DNA of 64,000 bases, taken from Candidatus Poribacteria bacterium (GTDB lineage: Bacteria; Poribacteria; WGA-4E; JAJDTR01). This document shows positions 60,074 through 64,000 of this stretch, piece by piece. The stretch lies in NCBI GenBank assembly GCA_965222225.1, contig CBDCTK010000002.1:3936001-4000000 (forward strand). The letters are read 5' to 3'. How positions within the stretch are numbered: the stretch's first letter is position 1; every line of letters starts with the position of its first letter. The position numbers and the translations under genes are program-made. The notes beneath the pieces were generated by a model, which was not told the DNA's origin, ran no database searches, and saw only the letters and a program-made list of their open reading frames with translations.

Positions 60074-62277
60074 AGAATTTCTTGTGTTATTTGACAATCT
60101 GGAGTTGCGTTTTCGTTGTCGCCGCTTGGGGCGAGAGACCGCCGGAAGCGCTTGAGGAATCAATCATGGCGGTCGCGACAGATACATCGAGCGTTCAAGA
60201 GATGGACGTTCTTTCAAAAAAGCCGCACGAAGGGCTTGTGTTTCCCCCACTGAACCAACCTCAACCGCCCGTGCCTCAGAGGGTCGAATTGGACAACGGC
60301 ATGATCATTTATCTGTTGGAAGATCATGAGCTGCCCATTGTCGACATTTCGGCGCGAATTCGCACCGGGGCGATTTACGAGCCGGAAGACAAAATCGGAT
60401 TAGCCGCGATCGCCGGCGCCGTGATGCGTACCGGCGGAACCACCAGTAAAACGGGGGACGAGCTAGACGAGATTCTGGAGAATCTCGCCGCCTCCGTTGA
60501 AGTGGGGATAGGCGGTGATTCCGGGACGGCGTCAATGTCCGTACTGGAAGAAGATCTCGACACAGGCCTGGAAATCCTCGCGGACGTGCTGATGAATCCG
60601 GCGTTTCGGGAAGACAAAATCGACTTGGAAAAAGTTCAACATCGCAGCGGTATTGCCCGGCGAAATGATAATACCCGCAGTATCACGTCGAGAGAATTCC
60701 GGAAGCTAATCTACGGTGCGGACAGCCCGTATGCCCGCACAACGGAATACAACACCATCAACAGCATCACGCGGGATGACCTTGTCGCTTTCCACGCGAG
60801 GTATTTCCGCCCGAACAACACCATCTTGGGGGTGCTCGGGGACTTCGACTCCGAGGAGATACTCGGCAAAATTAGAGAGGCCTTCAAAGGGTGGCAGCCG
60901 AGGGAGATTGACCTTCCCGAAAAGCCCAAGGTGCCCGAGGGAATGGGGAGAAGAATCGCTTTGGTAACGAAAGACGACGTAAATCAGACGAACATCAGGA
61001 TGGGGCATGTCGGCTGGCTGCGCAGCAATGAGGATTACCCCGCCTTGGTCGTGGGGTGTCAAATCTTGGGAATTGGTTTCAGCAGCAGATTGGTGAACAG
61101 CATTCGAGTCGAAAAAGGATTGGCATATTCAGTAGGCAACAATTACGGCGCGGGCTACGATGTTCCCGGCGTTTTTCTTATCTCCTGCGGAACCAAGTCG
61201 GAGAGCACGGTTACGGCTACCGAGGCGATTCTGGCGGAAGTCGAACGGATGCGCGTCGAAGAGGTGTCGGACGAAGAGTTGAAGCAGGCGATTGATGGAT
61301 TCATGAACTCGTCCGTGTTTGACTACGATTCAAAGGGCGAGATCTTGTCGAGAGCCCTCCGATACGCGTATTATGATTACCCTCAAGATTTTGTCGAGCA
61401 ATTGATGGCGGGGATTCGGAATATCAAAAAATCGGACGTGAAGAGGGTTGTCGCCAAATATATGCATCCCGACCAATTCACTATCTTGGCGGTCGGCAAA
61501 GCGAGCGACTTCGAAAAGCCCCTTGATTCCTTGGGCGAGGTGGCCGAGATTGATATTACCATTCCGAGTCCATCGCCGGAGCCTGTGCCCGAAGCGGGTG
61601 AAGGCGATGTTGCCAAAGCGAGAGAGATCCTCGCCGCTGCCATTGACGCACACGGCGGGTTGGAGAATCTCAAGCAGGTGAAAACAATCGTGTCGATCGG
61701 AGAGATAGTTATGCATACGCCGGGCGGAGCGATGACGCTGGATGGAGAAGTTACCGTCGTGCTACCTAGCAAAGCACGATATGATGTGACTTTCCAAGGG
61801 ATGGGAATGACAATGAGTCGGGTTCTCGGTGAGCAATCGGCGTGGATGGCGTCTCCCCAAGGCACGCAAACGATGCCGGAAGTTTTTGCCGAGGAAGGCA
61901 GGAATGAACTTTTTCGACTGGATTCCCAGTTGCTTACCCATGTTTCCAATACCGATGCTGCCGTCCAATACCTCGGCGAAGAAGACGTAAACGGGAAAAT
62001 GGCAGATGCGGTTTTGGTTAGTGACACGCCCGCGGGTTCCATCAAACTCTTCATCGATCAGGAGTCAAAATATATCGTCAAGAAGGCGTTTCAGGCTTTG
62101 GGTCAACAGGGCGATCCCGTGCAGCGCGAGGAATTCCCCGGCGATTATCAAGACATCTCCGGAGTGAAGATTGCTTTTCATGTTGTCTCGATTGATAATG
62201 GCGAGAAAGCTGCCGAAGTGACCCTTAGCGAAGTGACAATCAACGCGGAAGTGGACGAATCAATTTTCGAGCAGTAG
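60070..62277 (+). CDS. M16 peptidase inactive subunit with C-terminal LolA-like domain
   Basis: LDNGM, no HxxEH, SRLVNSIRVEKGLAY; tail DYQDISGVKIAF...INAEVDESIF. Confidence 0.85.
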   Translation: MKNFLCYLTIWSCVFVVAAWGERPPEALEESIMAVATDTSSVQEMDVLSKKPHEGLVFPPLNQPQPPVPQRVELDNGMIIYLLEDHELPIVDISARIRTGAIYEPEDKIGLAAIAGAVMRTGGTTSKTGDELDEILENLAASVEVGIGGDSGTASMSVLEEDLDTGLEILADVLMNPAFREDKIDLEKVQHRSGIARRNDNTRSITSREFRKLIYGADSPYARTTEYNTINSITRDDLVAFHARYFRPNNTILGVLGDFDSEEILGKIREAFKGWQPREIDLPEKPKVPEGMGRRIALVTKDDVNQTNIRMGHVGWLRSNEDYPALVVGCQILGIGFSSRLVNSIRVEKGLAYSVGNNYGAGYDVPGVFLISCGTKSESTVTATEAILAEVERMRVEEVSDEELKQAIDGFMNSSVFDYDSKGEILSRALRYAYYDYPQDFVEQLMAGIRNIKKSDVKRVVAKYMHPDQFTILAVGKASDFEKPLDSLGEVAEIDITIPSPSPEPVPEAGEGDVAKAREILAAAIDAHGGLENLKQVKTIVSIGEIVMHTPGGAMTLDGEVTVVLPSKARYDVTFQGMGMTMSRVLGEQSAWMASPQGTQTMPEVFAEEGRNELFRLDSQLLTHVSNTDAAVQYLGEEDVNGKMADAVLVSDTPAGSIKLFIDQESKYIVKKAFQALGQQGDPVQREEFPGDYQDISGVKIAFHVVSIDNGEKAAEVTLSEVTINAEVDESIFEQ

Positions 62278-62487
62278 CGCATTGTCGAAACTCGATTTTG
62301 TACATTTAAGCAGCACAACAGGCGATGGTAATCAAGCGTTAAAGAAAAGTAGGGAGTCTTTGATTTTCTCGGCTTTTTGCCAGTCCATTGAAAAAAGTCG
62401 CATCCGTAGACCAGAACCGGAGTCTCATCCAACCCCGTGCATCATCGGAATAAATCGCCAACGGTTTCTGATACCGTGCAGCCTGCC

Positions 62488-62609
62488 GGGATTTCTATCG
62501 CACTCACTACTCGCTCGCTTGATCGCCGCTGGCGCTTTCAAAGGCTGGTAAGAACTCTATCACATTCGCTATGGGACTTCTATCGCACTCACTATCCGTT
62601 CGTTCGATC
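62488..62609 (-). repeat. Hairpin mini-elements (62488-62524 and 62573-62609)
   Basis: Both match the consensus with compensatory pairs. Confidence 0.9.
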
Positions 62610-62782
62610 CTACAACATCCTCCCCCAAACATCATTTCCCATTGCAACATTGGACTTAATCCTTTAACATTATAGTCGGGCGCACCCGCGAAGACGTGGG
62701 ATGAATTGCACTACTTAAGAATCGCGTACACCGCGAACTCCCTATTGCAATCCGAGTGCGTAAATCCAATGGTACCCTTCCA

Positions 62783-63901
62783 ATGCAAGTTGATGTTAAA
62801 CCCATCCGGTCTCCATCAGATCTGAAAGCGTTCATCGAGTTGCCTTGGCAAATTTATCGCAACAACGCGCAGTGGGTGCCGCAATTGCGCAGCCAACTCA
62901 AGGAACGGCTTAGCCGATCGACATCCCCGGTTTTTGATTACGCCGAGGTGGAGTTTTTCCTTGCTCGGCAGAATGGCAGTGTCGTCGGACGAATTGCCGC
63001 AATCAAAAACGAGAATCATATCATCTTCCATGACGAACGTGTGGGGTTCTTCGGGTTCTTTGAGTGTATTCAGGATCAACCTGTGGCGGATGCACTGTTT
63101 ACCAAGGCTGCCGACTGGCTGAAAAGCCGATATCTCAACGTGATGCGCGGTCCGACGAGCTACTCGACCAACGGCGAGTGTGGACTACTCATCGACGGAT
63201 TCGACTTCTCACCGGCAATCATGATGTCGTACAATCTACCGTATTACAGCGATCTCGTTGAGGGGTTCGGGATCAAGAAGACAAAAGACCTGTTAGCCTA
63301 CGAGGTTACGGATGAGGCATTCGCTCCGGATCGGCTGGGCAAAATCGTTGAGCGCATCAAGAGGCGAAGAAAGGTTGTGGTGCGTCCGCTTGAAAAGAAA
63401 CAGATTGATCGAGAAATCGAACGCATCCGAGAAATCTATAATTCCGCATGGGAGAGGAATTGGGGGTTTGTACCGATGACCGATCGGGAGATTGATTATC
63501 TGGCGGACGAACTCATCCAGATTGTTGACCCCGATATTGTGCTGTTTGCCGAAGTCGAGGACGAACCGATTGCCTTCATCCTTGCCCTGCCCGACTTTAA
63601 TCAAGCGCTGAGACATGCCAATGGACGCCTATTTCCACTCGGCTTGTTCAAGATCCTCTGGCACGCTCGAAAGATTAAAGATGCCCGCATGGTGGCGTTT
63701 GGCGTCAAGGAGTCGCACCGCCAGCAGGGCATTGATGCGCTCCTATACTATGAAGCCTTTCAAGCAAGCGTCAAGAAGGGTTACCGCCGCGCAGAGTTGT
63801 CGTGGATTTTGGAAGACAACCGTCTCATGAACCGAGCGCTCGAAACCATGGGAGCCAAAATCCATAAGCGCTATCGGCTCTACGATTATCCGCTTGTTTG
63901 A
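62783..63901 (+). CDS. GNAT-fold N-acetyltransferase (YghO-like)
   Basis: VVGRIAA, GFFGFFE, MRGP, NWGFVP and AELSWILEDN motifs. Confidence 0.88.
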   Translation: MQVDVKPIRSPSDLKAFIELPWQIYRNNAQWVPQLRSQLKERLSRSTSPVFDYAEVEFFLARQNGSVVGRIAAIKNENHIIFHDERVGFFGFFECIQDQPVADALFTKAADWLKSRYLNVMRGPTSYSTNGECGLLIDGFDFSPAIMMSYNLPYYSDLVEGFGIKKTKDLLAYEVTDEAFAPDRLGKIVERIKRRRKVVVRPLEKKQIDREIERIREIYNSAWERNWGFVPMTDREIDYLADELIQIVDPDIVLFAEVEDEPIAFILALPDFNQALRHANGRLFPLGLFKILWHARKIKDARMVAFGVKESHRQQGIDALLYYEAFQASVKKGYRRAELSWILEDNRLMNRALETMGAKIHKRYRLYDYPLV

Positions 63902-64000
63902 GAAGGGGCAACTGGACAAATCTACGAAGTGACGTGGACATTACGGAACTCGCGATCCAATGAACGCAATAAAGACAGATTTTTACCTTGGCGATTGCCT

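Overview
Bacterial (diderm) chromosomal window. The gene content (LRR-dockerin proteins, TolB/PD40 paralogs ending in a 'LAVxPxxKxxTxWGxLK' motif, FRG-TPR proteins) resembles Candidatus Poribacteria; this assignment is an inference. Core genes: lpxK, lpxB, argC, recQ-like, larC, tadA, thiI, a PP2C phosphatase, an M16 peptidase pair and a histidine kinase. There are six tRNA genes (Ala-CGC x2, Ser-CGA, Arg-ACG, Ser-GCT, Ser-TGA). Accessory content: three IS elements (IS1, IS701, IS1595 families), an R-M island between duplicated tRNA-Ala genes, a Cre-like tyrosine recombinase, and many REP/MITE-like repeats. The strongest unexplained signal is a family of ~36-38 nt elements at about 21 loci, consensus GATCAA-XX-GA-ZZ-GNNTA-Z'Z'-GA-X'X'-GCGATAG-N2-3-(A/T/C/G)TCC(C/T). 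Its variable positions covary as a hairpin with tandem G.A pairs. Copies are found inside REPs, inside each other (up to 4 levels deep) and in frame inside a gene, which fits a very small structured mobile element. Several paralogous accessory genes carry frameshifts or in-frame TAG stops; pseudogenisation and assembly error cannot be told apart from the sequence alone.
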